A stretch of DNA of 64,000 nt. It comes from Actinomycetota bacterium (GTDB lineage Bacteria; Actinomycetota; UBA4738; HRBIN12). Made by a program: the position numbers and the translations under genes. Location of the stretch: the NCBI GenBank assembly GCA_046731295.1, contig JBKPKU010000051.1:13902-77901 (forward strand), given 5' to 3'. The notes under the pieces are model-generated. The model searched no databases and was not told the origin of the DNA. It worked only from the letters and a program-made list of their open reading frames with translations. Below are positions 8,704 to 17,932 of the stretch, in pieces (the first letter of the stretch is position 1; each line of letters begins with the position of its first letter).

Positions 8704-9752
8704 TGCGCATCGCGGTCTGCCATCCGCAGACGCCGTTCGTGCGCGGCGGCGCCGAGACGCACGCCGAGCAGCTCGTGCGCGCGCTCCGAAACTCCGGACA
8801 CGAGGCCGAGCTCGTGCTGGTCGCCGGCAAGTGGTACCCGGGCGCCGAGCTGGTGCACCAGATGGCGGTGTGGCGGAGCATGGAGCTGTCCGAATCCAAC
8901 GGGCTTCCGATCGACGCCGTGATCCCGCTGAAGTTCCCGGCGTACCTGCTCAACCACGAGCGCAAGATCGTCTGGCTGATCCACCAGCACCGCACCGCAT
9001 ACGAGCTGTGGGATCACCCGCAGTACGCGGACCTCGCCCGACAGCCCGAGGGCGTGCAGGTGCGCCAGATGATCCACGCGGCCGACCGCGTCGCGCTCGG
9101 CGAGGCCAAGCGCGTGTTCGCGAACTCGAAGAACGTGCAGCGCCGGCTGTGGGACTCGCTGCGGATCCCCTCCGAGCCGCTGTACCACCGCTCGCCGCTC
9201 ACGCAGGCGCTCCTCGAAGAGGAGCCGGGGCCGTACCGGGACGGGATCGTGTTCCCGAGCCGGTTCGAGAGCCTGAAGCGCCAGTCGATCGTGGTCGACG
9301 CGATGCGCCACGTGCGCGGCGACATACGCCTGGTCCTGGTGGGTCGCGGCCCCGACGAGCGGGCGCTCCGACGGCAGATCCAGGAGCACGACCTCGGCGA
9401 GCGCGTGTCGATCGAGGTCGGCGTCTCGGACGAGCGGCTGCGCGAGCTGTTCCTGGGCGCGCTCGGCGTGTACTACGGGCCGTTCGACGAGGATTACGGG
9501 TACGTGACGATCGAGGGGTTCGCGGCGCACCGGCCGGTGGTGACGCTCACCGACAGCGGCGGCCCGCTCGAGTTCGTGATCGACGGGGAGACCGGCTTCG
9601 TGACGGAGCCGGACCCCCGCGCGATCGCCGAGGCGTTCGATCGCCTGTACGCCGATCGAGCCCTCGCCGCCCGGATGGGCGAGACGGGCCGCGCGATGGT
9701 CGAGCGCGAGATCCCCGACTGGCCGGAGGTGGTCGCACGGTTGCTCGGCTGA
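8703..9752 (+). CDS. GT4-family glycosyltransferase
   Basis: MRIAVCHPQTPFVRGGAETHAEQL...VFPSRFESLKRQ...YGPFDEDYGYVTIEGFAAHRPVVT. The track ORF from 8223 is an upstream extension in the same frame. Confidence 0.85.
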   Translation: MRIAVCHPQTPFVRGGAETHAEQLVRALRNSGHEAELVLVAGKWYPGAELVHQMAVWRSMELSESNGLPIDAVIPLKFPAYLLNHERKIVWLIHQHRTAYELWDHPQYADLARQPEGVQVRQMIHAADRVALGEAKRVFANSKNVQRRLWDSLRIPSEPLYHRSPLTQALLEEEPGPYRDGIVFPSRFESLKRQSIVVDAMRHVRGDIRLVLVGRGPDERALRRQIQEHDLGERVSIEVGVSDERLRELFLGALGVYYGPFDEDYGYVTIEGFAAHRPVVTLTDSGGPLEFVIDGETGFVTEPDPRAIAEAFDRLYADRALAARMGETGRAMVEREIPDWPEVVARLLG

Positions 9753-9778
9753 TCGAGCTGCTCACCACGCCGCGACCC

Positions 9779-11107
9779 ATGGCCGATCCGGTCGTGCCGA
9801 GGGTCGCATTCGTCTCGCCGATGCCGCCGGCGACAACCGGGATCGCGACGTACGCGGCCTCGGTGCTCGCGGGCCTCGAGCGCAGCGGCTACCGGCGGCG
9901 CCGCCAGATGGACGTGCTCTGGCCGGTCAGGCCCAGGCACGACCTCGCGATCGCACGGTACCGGCTGGGCGTGTACCACATCGGCAACAACGTCGAGTTC
10001 CACGGCGACATCTACCGCCTGGCGTCGCTGCGCGACGGGGTGGTGGTCCTGCACGACCTCGGGCTGGACGACCTCGTGCGGGGCCTGGTGGACCGCGGCG
10101 ATCCGCTCGGCTACCGCGCGGCGCGCGAGGCGCTGGTCGGCGCCGACCGTCTCACCCTGGCCGAGGCAAGGGACAACGAGCCGCTCGCGTGGCCGTGGTG
10201 CGCGCACATCGCGCGCATCGCGAAGTCGGTCATCGTCCACTCGGCCTTCTGCAAGCGCTACCTGGAGGACCTCGGGTGCCGGACGCCGGTGTTCGTCGTC
10301 CCGCACCCGCCCGTCGAACGCGAGGCGGACCTCCGCCTCGCGGCCCAGCGCGCGCCCGCGATCCGCGCGCGGCTCGGTCTCCGGAATGAGGACGTGCTGG
10401 TGGTCGGGGCGGGAGACCTGAACCCGGCCAAACAGCTCGAGGCGCTGGTGGCGGCCTTCGCGCGCCTCGACGAACGCGTGCACCTCGCGCTGGTCGGCCG
10501 GCGGATCCCGACGTTCGACCCGGACGCGCTCGTGCGCGGCTCGGGGCTCGGATCGCGGGTGACGCTCGCCACCGACGTCTCGGACGAGGCCTTCCGCGGG
10601 TGGTTGACCGCCGCCGATGTGGTGGTGGACCTGCGCTTCCCGCACCGCGGCGAGGTGAGCGGGACGCTGATGCGGGCCATGCAGGTCGGCCGGCCCACGC
10701 TGGTGAGCGCGACGGGGACCTACCTCGTCCTCCCCGAGGACGCGGTCGTACGGATCGCCCCGGGCCGGGCCGACCCCCAGGAGCTGGCGGAGGTCCTGTC
10801 GGGCCTGGCGGACCGGCCCGAGGCGCGGGCCAGGATCGGGGAGTCGGCGCGCCGGCACGTCGAGACCACCGCGAGCCTGGAGCGGACGGCCGCCGGCTAC
10901 GAGGAGGCGATCGAGTTCGCATTGCGGCTCGTGCAGGACCCCCGGCGCCTGGCGCTCACGCGGTGGGCGCAGGCGCTGAACGACCTCGGGATCACGCCCG
11001 AGGGCCTGGACGAGGACTACGGCCTGTCCTACGTGCGCGCGCTGGCCGAGATCGAGATACAGGCGGGCCCGTCGCGTTCGGCCGGCGAATCCACGCCAAC
11101 GTCATAG
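9779..11107 (+). CDS. GT4-family glycosyltransferase
   Basis: MADPVVPRVAFVSPMPPATTGIATYA...VVLHDL...VVVDLRFPHRGEVSGTLMRAMQVGRPTLVS. The start is chosen at the first ATG after the preceding stop and could lie slightly upstream. Confidence 0.8.
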   Translation: MADPVVPRVAFVSPMPPATTGIATYAASVLAGLERSGYRRRRQMDVLWPVRPRHDLAIARYRLGVYHIGNNVEFHGDIYRLASLRDGVVVLHDLGLDDLVRGLVDRGDPLGYRAAREALVGADRLTLAEARDNEPLAWPWCAHIARIAKSVIVHSAFCKRYLEDLGCRTPVFVVPHPPVEREADLRLAAQRAPAIRARLGLRNEDVLVVGAGDLNPAKQLEALVAAFARLDERVHLALVGRRIPTFDPDALVRGSGLGSRVTLATDVSDEAFRGWLTAADVVVDLRFPHRGEVSGTLMRAMQVGRPTLVSATGTYLVLPEDAVVRIAPGRADPQELAEVLSGLADRPEARARIGESARRHVETTASLERTAAGYEEAIEFALRLVQDPRRLALTRWAQALNDLGITPEGLDEDYGLSYVRALAEIEIQAGPSRSAGESTPTS

Positions 11108-11177
11108 TTCGAGGGAACCCCGTTGCTAGACTCGGCCGGCCGGCCCGGGCCGAACAGGCCCGCCGAGCGCGGAGCGC

Positions 11178-12065
11178 ATGGCTGCCACCACCCAGACCGT
11201 CGAGCGCACCTCCGAATCGCCGCATCTCCGGGTCGGCGAGCGGCTGCGCGTGCTGATCGCGCACCGCGAGATCCTGGCCAACCTGGTCCGCAAGGAGCTC
11301 AAGGTCAAGTACGTGGCCTCGGTGCTCGGCGCGGTGTGGTCGCTGCTGAACCCGCTCGTGTATCTGGCGGTGTTCACGTTCGTCACGCGGGTGCTCGGCA
11401 ACGGGCTGCCGGACTACCCCGTGTACCTGCTCTCGGGCCTGCTGGCCTGGAACCTGTTCTCGGCCTCCACGATCGGCGGCTCGCGTTCGGTGATCGACAA
11501 CGCGAACCTGGTCAAGAAGGTCGCGTTCCCGCGCGAGATCCTGCCGCTCGCGGCGATCGGCGTGGCGCTGGTCGACTACGGGCTGCAGATGATCGTGCTG
11601 CTGATCTTCATCGTCGCGACGGTCGGCCTGCACGTACCAGACTTCGCGCTGCTGCCGCTGGCCTTCGCCGCGCTGCTCGTGTTCACGTGTGCGCTGACGG
11701 CGTGGATCGCCGCGCTGAACGTGCGCTACCGCGACGTCGGCCACCTGCTGAACATCGGCCTGCTGGTGTGGTTCTGGGTCACGCCGATCGTGTACGCGAG
11801 CGGGCTGGTCCAGCAGCACCTGGGCGATCGCGACGTCCTGAAGGTCCTGTACTTCTGCAACCCGCTGACCGCGGTGGTCGAGGGGATGCACCGCGCGCTG
11901 TACGGCGTGGGCGCGCTGCCGGACGGGGGAACCGCCACATGGAACATGCCGCTCGGCACGCTGACGTTGGTGCTCGGGACGGTGCTCGTCGGGTCGATGA
12001 TCTTCCTGCGCTTCACGTGGGGATCGTTCTTCGCACGTTCGGGCGACTTCGCGGAGGAGCTGTGA
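11178..12065 (+). CDS. ABC-2 type polysaccharide/teichoic-acid export permease (Wzm/TagG-like)
   Basis: LANLVRKELKVKYVASVLGAVWSLLNPL... followed by six hydrophobic segments, typical of an ABC-2 permease. Confidence 0.9.
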   Translation: MAATTQTVERTSESPHLRVGERLRVLIAHREILANLVRKELKVKYVASVLGAVWSLLNPLVYLAVFTFVTRVLGNGLPDYPVYLLSGLLAWNLFSASTIGGSRSVIDNANLVKKVAFPREILPLAAIGVALVDYGLQMIVLLIFIVATVGLHVPDFALLPLAFAALLVFTCALTAWIAALNVRYRDVGHLLNIGLLVWFWVTPIVYASGLVQQHLGDRDVLKVLYFCNPLTAVVEGMHRALYGVGALPDGGTATWNMPLGTLTLVLGTVLVGSMIFLRFTWGSFFARSGDFAEEL

Positions 12066-13252
12066 GCGTGACGGCCGCGCCGGCGATCGAGGTCCACGCC
12101 GTCTCCAAGCGCTTCCACGTGTTCCGCGAGAAGCCCTCGACGATCAAGCAACGCCTGCTGACCTCCCGCGCGCGAGCCGACGACTTCTGGGCGCTCCGCG
12201 AGATCGACCTGGACATCGGCGAGGGGACGACGTTCGGGCTGATCGGGCACAACGGCTCGGGCAAGACGACGCTGCTCAAGTGCGTCGCCGGCATCCTGCG
12301 CCCGACCTCGGGCACGATCCGACAGCGCGGCCGGCTGGCGGCGCTGCTCGAGCTCGGCGCAGGGTTCCACCAGGAGCTCACCGGTCGCGAGAACGTCTAC
12401 CTGAACGCCTCGTTCCTCGGCCTGTCCCGCAGGCGGACCGACGCCGTGTTCGACGAAGTCGTGGCGTTCGCCGAGCTCGAGGACTTCATCGACAACGAGG
12501 TGAAGTTCTACTCGTCGGGGATGCTCGTGCGACTGGGGTTCGCGGTCGCCGTGCACGTCGATCCCGACGTGCTCCTGATCGACGAGGTGCTGGCGGTGGG
12601 GGACGAGGCCTTCCAGGCCAAGTGTCTCGAACGCGTCCGGGCCTTCCAGCGCGAGGGCCGGACGATCGTCCTGGTGACCCACGCGTTGGACACCGTGATC
12701 GAGACCTGCGACCGCGCGGCCATGCTGCATCACGGCGAGCTGCACGCCGTGGGGATGCCGGACGACGTGGTGCGTGAGATGCGCTACGTCCTGCTGGGCG
12801 TGACCGACCCGAACTTCGTGCCCGAGGAGGGCACGCGCGAGGCCGAGATCGCCGAGGTGCAGATCGTGCGGCCGAACGGCGCGAGCGACGGCGGCTTCCT
12901 GCGCGGCGACACGATCGCGATCGTGGTGGACGTTCGGCAGAACGAGCCGGTCGACGACCTCGACGTGGACTTCGCCGTCCTGGACGGGGCCACGAACTAC
13001 CCCGTTCTGGAGGCGCGCACCTCCCGCGTGGGCCTCGACCTGGGACGGTTCGACAAGAAGCGCGTCCGCTTTAGGATCGAGGGCTTCCCGTACGACCCCG
13101 GCAAGTACTGGGTCACGGTCGGGCTCTCCAGCCGCCGGACCGGGCACCTGTACCACGTGCAGACGCAGCGCTACCTCTTCGAGGTCTACGACGCACCACG
13201 GATCCAGGACCGCGTCGACGTGTCCGTCCGGGTGGAGGTCGACGACCTGTGA
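12062..13252 (+). CDS. Polysaccharide export ABC ATPase (Wzt/TagH-like) with about 150-aa C-terminal extension
   Basis: Walker A GHNGSGKTTLLK, signature YSSGMLVRLGF, Walker B LLIDEVLAVGD. The GTG start overlaps the permease stop (GTGA at 12062-12065). The extra domain spans about 12794-13252. Confidence 0.9.
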   Translation: MSVTAAPAIEVHAVSKRFHVFREKPSTIKQRLLTSRARADDFWALREIDLDIGEGTTFGLIGHNGSGKTTLLKCVAGILRPTSGTIRQRGRLAALLELGAGFHQELTGRENVYLNASFLGLSRRRTDAVFDEVVAFAELEDFIDNEVKFYSSGMLVRLGFAVAVHVDPDVLLIDEVLAVGDEAFQAKCLERVRAFQREGRTIVLVTHALDTVIETCDRAAMLHHGELHAVGMPDDVVREMRYVLLGVTDPNFVPEEGTREAEIAEVQIVRPNGASDGGFLRGDTIAIVVDVRQNEPVDDLDVDFAVLDGATNYPVLEARTSRVGLDLGRFDKKRVRFRIEGFPYDPGKYWVTVGLSSRRTGHLYHVQTQRYLFEVYDAPRIQDRVDVSVRVEVDDL

Positions 13253-13680
13253 GCGAACCTCGGACCCACCCCACGCCCGCGCAGACGAAAGGGAGCAACG
13301 CCATGCTGATCGCGCTCATCTTGTTCTCGGTGACGATGGCCGCGGTGGCCCAGCTCACGCTCAAACACGGCATGAACCTCGTGAACGACGAGCTGGCGCC
13401 CGCGAAGTTCTCGCTGGACGGGCCGTCGCTTCGCGTCGTGATCCAGCAGCCGTACGTGTGGAGCGGGCTGTTCCTGTTCGGCCTGTCCGCGCTCGTCTGG
13501 TTGATGGTGCTGTCGCGGGCGTCGCTGTCGTTCGCCTACCCGTTCGCGGCGCTCACCTACGTGCTGATCCTGCTGTTCGACCAGTTCGTGCTGGAAGAGA
13601 CCGTCCCGCCACTTCGGTGGGCCGGCGTCGCGTTCATCGGCATCGGCATCATCCTGGTCTCCCAGACGAAGCACTCGTGA
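13249..13680 (+). CDS. Small multi-pass membrane protein, EamA/SMR-like (ArnE/ArnF- or GtrA-like flippase candidate)
   Basis: Four hydrophobic segments (MLIALILFSVTMAAVAQLTL..., GLFLFGLSALVWLMVL, AYPFAALTYVLILLF, WAGVAFIGIGIILV). There are 4-nt overlaps at both ends. The true start may be the internal ATG at about 13303. Confidence 0.65.
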   Translation: MSEPRTHPTPAQTKGSNAMLIALILFSVTMAAVAQLTLKHGMNLVNDELAPAKFSLDGPSLRVVIQQPYVWSGLFLFGLSALVWLMVLSRASLSFAYPFAALTYVLILLFDQFVLEETVPPLRWAGVAFIGIGIILVSQTKHS

Positions 13681-14693
13681 AGGCCGTCGTCCTGGTCGGC
13701 GGACAGGGGACGCGGCTGCGGCCGCTGACCGAGACCGTCAAGAAGGAGCTCCTGCCGCTGGTCGATCGCCCGATCCTGGACCACACGCTCGACCGGCTGG
13801 TGCGCCACGGCGTCCACGAGGTCGTCCTGTCGAGCTCGTACCTGGAGGAGACGTTCCGCGCGTTCCTCGATGCCCGGCACGGCGACCCGCGCATCTCCTG
13901 GATCACGGAGAGCGAGCCGCTCGACACCGGCGGTGCGATCGTCAACGCGCTCCCGGCGCTGGACACCGACGAGCCGTTCCTCGCCCTGAACGGCGACATC
14001 CTGACCGACCTCGACGTCACGCGGATGCTTGCGTTTCACCGACAACGGAAGGCAACCGCGACGATCGCGCTCACGCACGTCGAGGACGCGCGGCCCTACG
14101 GGCTCGTGCCGCTCGACGGGGACGGCCGGGTCGTGGAGTTCCGCGAGAAGCCCGCGGACCTCGTGCCCGGCGACATCAACGCGGGAACGTACGTGCTGGA
14201 GCCGTCCGCGCTCCGGGCATGGGAGCGGGGCGTGAGCGTCTCGATCGAGCGCGTGATCTTCCCGACGCTGATCGAAGACGGCCGCCCGCTGTTCGGGTTC
14301 CTCTCGGACGCGTATTGGAGGGATCTGGGAACGCCGCAGGCCTACCTCCAGGCCACCTTCGACCTGCTGGACGGGCTGGTCGCGGGGGAGCCGGCGTTCG
14401 AGGCGCCGTTCGTCGCGGACGGCGGCCGGATCGACACCGGCGCCGACGTCGACCGGCACGTCGTGGTCGGGCCGGGCACGTCCATCGAGGCCGGCTCGAG
14501 CGTGACCGGGTCGGTCCTGCACGATCGCGTCCGCGTGGCGAACGGTGCCACCGTGTCGGGCTGCGTCGTTGGGCGCGGATCTGAGATCCTGGGCGCCCGC
14601 GTCTCTGGCTCGATCCTCGGCGAACGCGTTCGCGTCCTCCCGGGCGTCGAGCTCGTCGACGCGCGGGTCGACCCCGGTACGACCGTCCCGTAG
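13677..14693 (+). CDS. Mannose-1-phosphate guanylyltransferase-type sugar nucleotidyltransferase with C-terminal left-handed beta-helix
   Basis: VKAVVLVGGQGTRLRPLTETVKKELLPL...LNGDILTDLD...EKP...NAGTYVLE. The GTG start overlaps the upstream stop (GTGA at 13677-13680). Confidence 0.8.
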   Translation: MKAVVLVGGQGTRLRPLTETVKKELLPLVDRPILDHTLDRLVRHGVHEVVLSSSYLEETFRAFLDARHGDPRISWITESEPLDTGGAIVNALPALDTDEPFLALNGDILTDLDVTRMLAFHRQRKATATIALTHVEDARPYGLVPLDGDGRVVEFREKPADLVPGDINAGTYVLEPSALRAWERGVSVSIERVIFPTLIEDGRPLFGFLSDAYWRDLGTPQAYLQATFDLLDGLVAGEPAFEAPFVADGGRIDTGADVDRHVVVGPGTSIEAGSSVTGSVLHDRVRVANGATVSGCVVGRGSEILGARVSGSILGERVRVLPGVELVDARVDPGTTVP

Positions 14694-14775
14694 ATCCGCC
14701 GCCCCGAACCCACGGTCGCCCCGAACCATGTGATACGTTGCGTGACTCCCGATCACGCTCCTAGCAATCCTGAAG

Positions 14776-16308
14776 ATGCGAAGAACCCTCCTCCTGACGG
14801 TGCTCGTCCTCGTCCTGGCCGGCGCGGTCCCCGCCGGCGCCGGACCCAGCCGCTCGTCGCGAGGCCCAAGCGAGTTCCGGATGTTCGGGGGCGGTTTCGG
14901 GCACGGCCTCGGTCTGTCGCAGTGGGGAGCGTTCGGTCTGGCCACGAAGGGCTGGGGGAGCACGAAGATCCTCAAGCACTTCTACTCGGGCACCCGCGTC
15001 GTCACGAAGCCGGGGCCGAACCAGCTGCGGATCGGGCTGGTGCAGGACGCGGACGCGGTGCGACTCGAGGCGGAGGCCGGCCCTGTCGAGATCCGCATCG
15101 GCGACCCGAGGGGCGAGGTCGTCGCGAGCATCCCGTCGGGGGAGACCTGGAGGGTGCGCGCGGCGGCCGATGCGTACAGCATCCTGGACAGCGGTGGGAC
15201 GACCGTCGAATCCGTCGGCGGTCCCGACGACCCCATCTTCGCCGTGTACGCGCCCACGCAGTCGCGCGTCCGGGTACCGGAGGCCGGGCACACGTACAAC
15301 CGAGGTTCGATCGAGTTCGGCCTCAACCCGTGCAACGCCGGAGGATGCACCATGCGCGCGGTCCTCACGGTCGACCCCCAGGGGTACCTGTACGGGCTCG
15401 GCGAGGTCCCGAGCTCGTGGCCGATGTCCGCGATGAAGGCGCAGGCGATCGCGGCGCGGACCTACGCTTTCACGAAGGCGGCCACGTCCCAGCACCGCCC
15501 CGAGTGCGACTGCGCCCTCTATGCCACCTCGTTCGACCAGGTGTACGCCGGATGGGATAAGGAGGGGGGCGCCGACGGCGAACGCTGGGTGGCCGCCGTT
15601 CGCCAGACCAACAGGGAGGTCGTGGTCACGGCGGGCCAGACGATCCAGGCGTTCTACATGTCCTCGTCGGGCGGCTACACGGAGAACAACGAGAACGTGT
15701 GGGGAGGCGAGCCGATCAGCTACCTGCGCGGCGTGTGCGACCCCGGCGACTACACGTCCTCCAACCCGAACGCGATCTGGCGGGAGGACTTTTCGCCCTC
15801 GCAGCTGACGCAGGATCTGGGTCTGGGCATCGGGACCGTGACGGGGTTCACGGACATCGACCGAGGGGTGTCGGGCAGGATCATGTCGATCACGGTCGAA
15901 GGCGCGAACGGACAGGCGTCGATCAGCGGGTCCCACCTTCGCTCGGCGCTCGGGCTGCGGGACGATCGCCTGTGGATCAACGAGGACCGGCGGGTAACCG
16001 GCGCGATCCGCGCCAAGTACGACGCCCAGGGATGCTCGCCGGGTCTGCCTACCTCCAGGCAGGTCTCGGTGGCGGGCGGCACACGTCAGAAGTTCGAGGA
16101 AGGGACCATCTTCCAATCGACGGCGACGGGGGCGCACTACCTTCGAGGCCCCGTGCTCGATCGGTACCTCTCCAAGGGAGGGCCGGGGGGCTCGCTCGGC
16201 TTCCCGATCGGCGACGTCCGCCGGCTCGACAACGGGAACTGGCGGGGGCGCTTCGAGGGCGGCGTGATCGTGTGTCAGGCCGACGGGGCCCCCTGCCGGA
16301 TCGATTGA
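14776..16308 (+). CDS. SpoIID/LytB domain protein with C-terminal LGFP-type repeats
   Basis: Signal peptide, then GHGLGLSQWGA...YLYGLGEVPSSWPMSAMKAQAIAARTYA...FYMSSSGGYTENNENVW. The C-terminus has ...GSLGFPIGD. Confidence 0.85.
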   Translation: MRRTLLLTVLVLVLAGAVPAGAGPSRSSRGPSEFRMFGGGFGHGLGLSQWGAFGLATKGWGSTKILKHFYSGTRVVTKPGPNQLRIGLVQDADAVRLEAEAGPVEIRIGDPRGEVVASIPSGETWRVRAAADAYSILDSGGTTVESVGGPDDPIFAVYAPTQSRVRVPEAGHTYNRGSIEFGLNPCNAGGCTMRAVLTVDPQGYLYGLGEVPSSWPMSAMKAQAIAARTYAFTKAATSQHRPECDCALYATSFDQVYAGWDKEGGADGERWVAAVRQTNREVVVTAGQTIQAFYMSSSGGYTENNENVWGGEPISYLRGVCDPGDYTSSNPNAIWREDFSPSQLTQDLGLGIGTVTGFTDIDRGVSGRIMSITVEGANGQASISGSHLRSALGLRDDRLWINEDRRVTGAIRAKYDAQGCSPGLPTSRQVSVAGGTRQKFEEGTIFQSTATGAHYLRGPVLDRYLSKGGPGGSLGFPIGDVRRLDNGNWRGRFEGGVIVCQADGAPCRID

Positions 16309-16320
16309 CCCGGGGCGGGC

Positions 16321-17061
16321 CTAGGGTTGGAGCAAAGGCCCGAGGAGCCCACGCGGCGCCTCGGGCGCGATCGAGGTCCCTCGGTAAGCGTCGATGAAGC
16401 CGCGAGCGATCGCGACCGCCTCCTCGGGCGTGACCGAGGCCGGACAGAACCACCGCGTGTTCCATGCGAGGAGCACGAGCCCGTGCTCGACCGAGAGCGT
16501 CGGGTAGGGGGCCATGATGACGCGCTTTTCCCCGTCGGCGAGCGCCTCCACGCGCCGAATCACGTCGTCCGACGGGCCGCCCTGCGCCGCCGGCAGGTAG
16601 TACACGACCACGTACGCGTGTTCGAGGTTGTGGACCGCGCGGGTCTCGGGGACGGGCTCGGGGTAGACGTGGGGATCGGGGGGCAGCGGCGAGGGGTCGT
16701 GCGGGCCCGCGGCCGCGGGAGGGTTCGGGTAGTCGTACGACTCCCCGGCGGCCAGGTGCGTCCGGGACGGGGTCACGATCACCGGCTGCTCGAGGTTGGC
16801 GCACCCGGCCGCCTTGGCAGCCGAACGGGCCTCGGCCGAGATCTCACCCGGAGAGGTGGTCCGATAGAACAACAGCCACCCGAGCGCGATCACCGCGGCG
16901 ACCGCGACGATCCGAACCCAGGGAGAGGTTCGCCGGGGCGGCGGCTGCGCGGGTCGGCGCTTGCTGGTGGTCGGCCGGGCCGTCTTCGTGGCGCCCGACG
17001 CCTTGGCGGCGGGGTTCGCATGCGGCCGGGATCGCGGGCGGCGCTTGCGCTTGGTGGCCAC
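16321..17061 (-). CDS. DUF3105-type membrane-anchored protein
   Basis: GTG start at 17061. Lys/Arg-rich tail (VATKRKRRPRSRP...), one TM segment, then AAAGPHDPSP...AVHNLEHAYVVVYY. The upstream part of track ORF 16321..17538 is an artefact. Confidence 0.78.
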   Translation of the reverse strand: MATKRKRRPRSRPHANPAAKASGATKTARPTTSKRRPAQPPPRRTSPWVRIVAVAAVIALGWLLFYRTTSPGEISAEARSAAKAAGCANLEQPVIVTPSRTHLAAGESYDYPNPPAAAGPHDPSPLPPDPHVYPEPVPETRAVHNLEHAYVVVYYLPAAQGGPSDDVIRRVEALADGEKRVIMAPYPTLSVEHGLVLLAWNTRWFCPASVTPEEAVAIARGFIDAYRGTSIAPEAPRGLLGPLLQP

Positions 17062-17072
17062 CTCGCCGCCGC

Positions 17073-17915
17073 TTACTGCGGGACCGAGGTGAAGTCGAAC
17101 GTCGACGGGATCGGGTCGGGCAGCTGCTTCTCGGTCCCGTACGTAACCACGATCACGCTCTGATCGTCGAGCGAGATGTCGCGCGGATCGCCCGTCTGCT
17201 GCTCGCCGTCCACGTACACGCGGATCTGATTCTTCTCGTCGTTGCAGTAGCCGCCGATGCAGCTGGGCGTCAGCCGTACGCCCCAGACCCCGAAGAACTC
17301 GCCGAGCGTGAACGTGCGCGCCTGCGAGGACTCCAGGTGGACGACGCCCGTGTCGTCGTGCGTGTGGATCGACTGGATCGTGCCGGCTGACTCGTTGATC
17401 CCGATGTTCGGGGGCAGGGGCTCCTGGGTGCCGTTGATGAAGATCTGGACATTGGCGTGCTCGTGCATCGTCGTGCCCTCGGCGGGCAGGCCGAGCGCGT
17501 CCGCCCGGGCGGCCGACTTGGCTCCGTTCGCGGGCCACGGGGCCTCGGTGGTCAGGACGCCCGGCGGCGAGGACGGGGTGGCGGGTTCGCTCCGGTTCGT
17601 GAACCAGAACGCACCCACGCCCACGATCACCGCGAACCCGGCGATCCAGGCGATCTGTCGAGCCCGCCGTGCGCGCGCCATGCGCCGGCGGACGTACTCA
17701 CGCTGCTGCCGTGCCAGGTCCTTCTTCTCGGCCCGGGTGCGCTGCGGCTCCGCGTGGAGTTTCGGGTCGGCGGTGTTGCCGGGCCTCGAGCCCGCGGCCG
17801 GCGGCGCCTGCTTCGTCTCGGCCGGCTTGTCCGGACGCGGACGTTCGGCGGTCCGGGTCGCGCCCGCCTGCGGGCGGTTCCTCGGGCGGTTCGGCTTGCG
17901 TCGCTTCTTGGCCAT
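17073..17915 (-). CDS. Hypothetical membrane-anchored protein with His-rich extracytoplasmic domain
   Basis: MAKKRRKPNRPRN basic tail, one TM (IAWIAGFAVIVGVGAFWF), then HEHANVQIFINGTQEPLPPNIGI...IHTHDDTGVVHLES...TLGEFFGVWG. It sits between two DUF3105 genes. Confidence 0.7.
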   Translation of the reverse strand: MAKKRRKPNRPRNRPQAGATRTAERPRPDKPAETKQAPPAAGSRPGNTADPKLHAEPQRTRAEKKDLARQQREYVRRRMARARRARQIAWIAGFAVIVGVGAFWFTNRSEPATPSSPPGVLTTEAPWPANGAKSAARADALGLPAEGTTMHEHANVQIFINGTQEPLPPNIGINESAGTIQSIHTHDDTGVVHLESSQARTFTLGEFFGVWGVRLTPSCIGGYCNDEKNQIRVYVDGEQQTGDPRDISLDDQSVIVVTYGTEKQLPDPIPSTFDFTSVPQ

Positions 17916-17932
17916 CTGCCTCGCCGAGTGGA

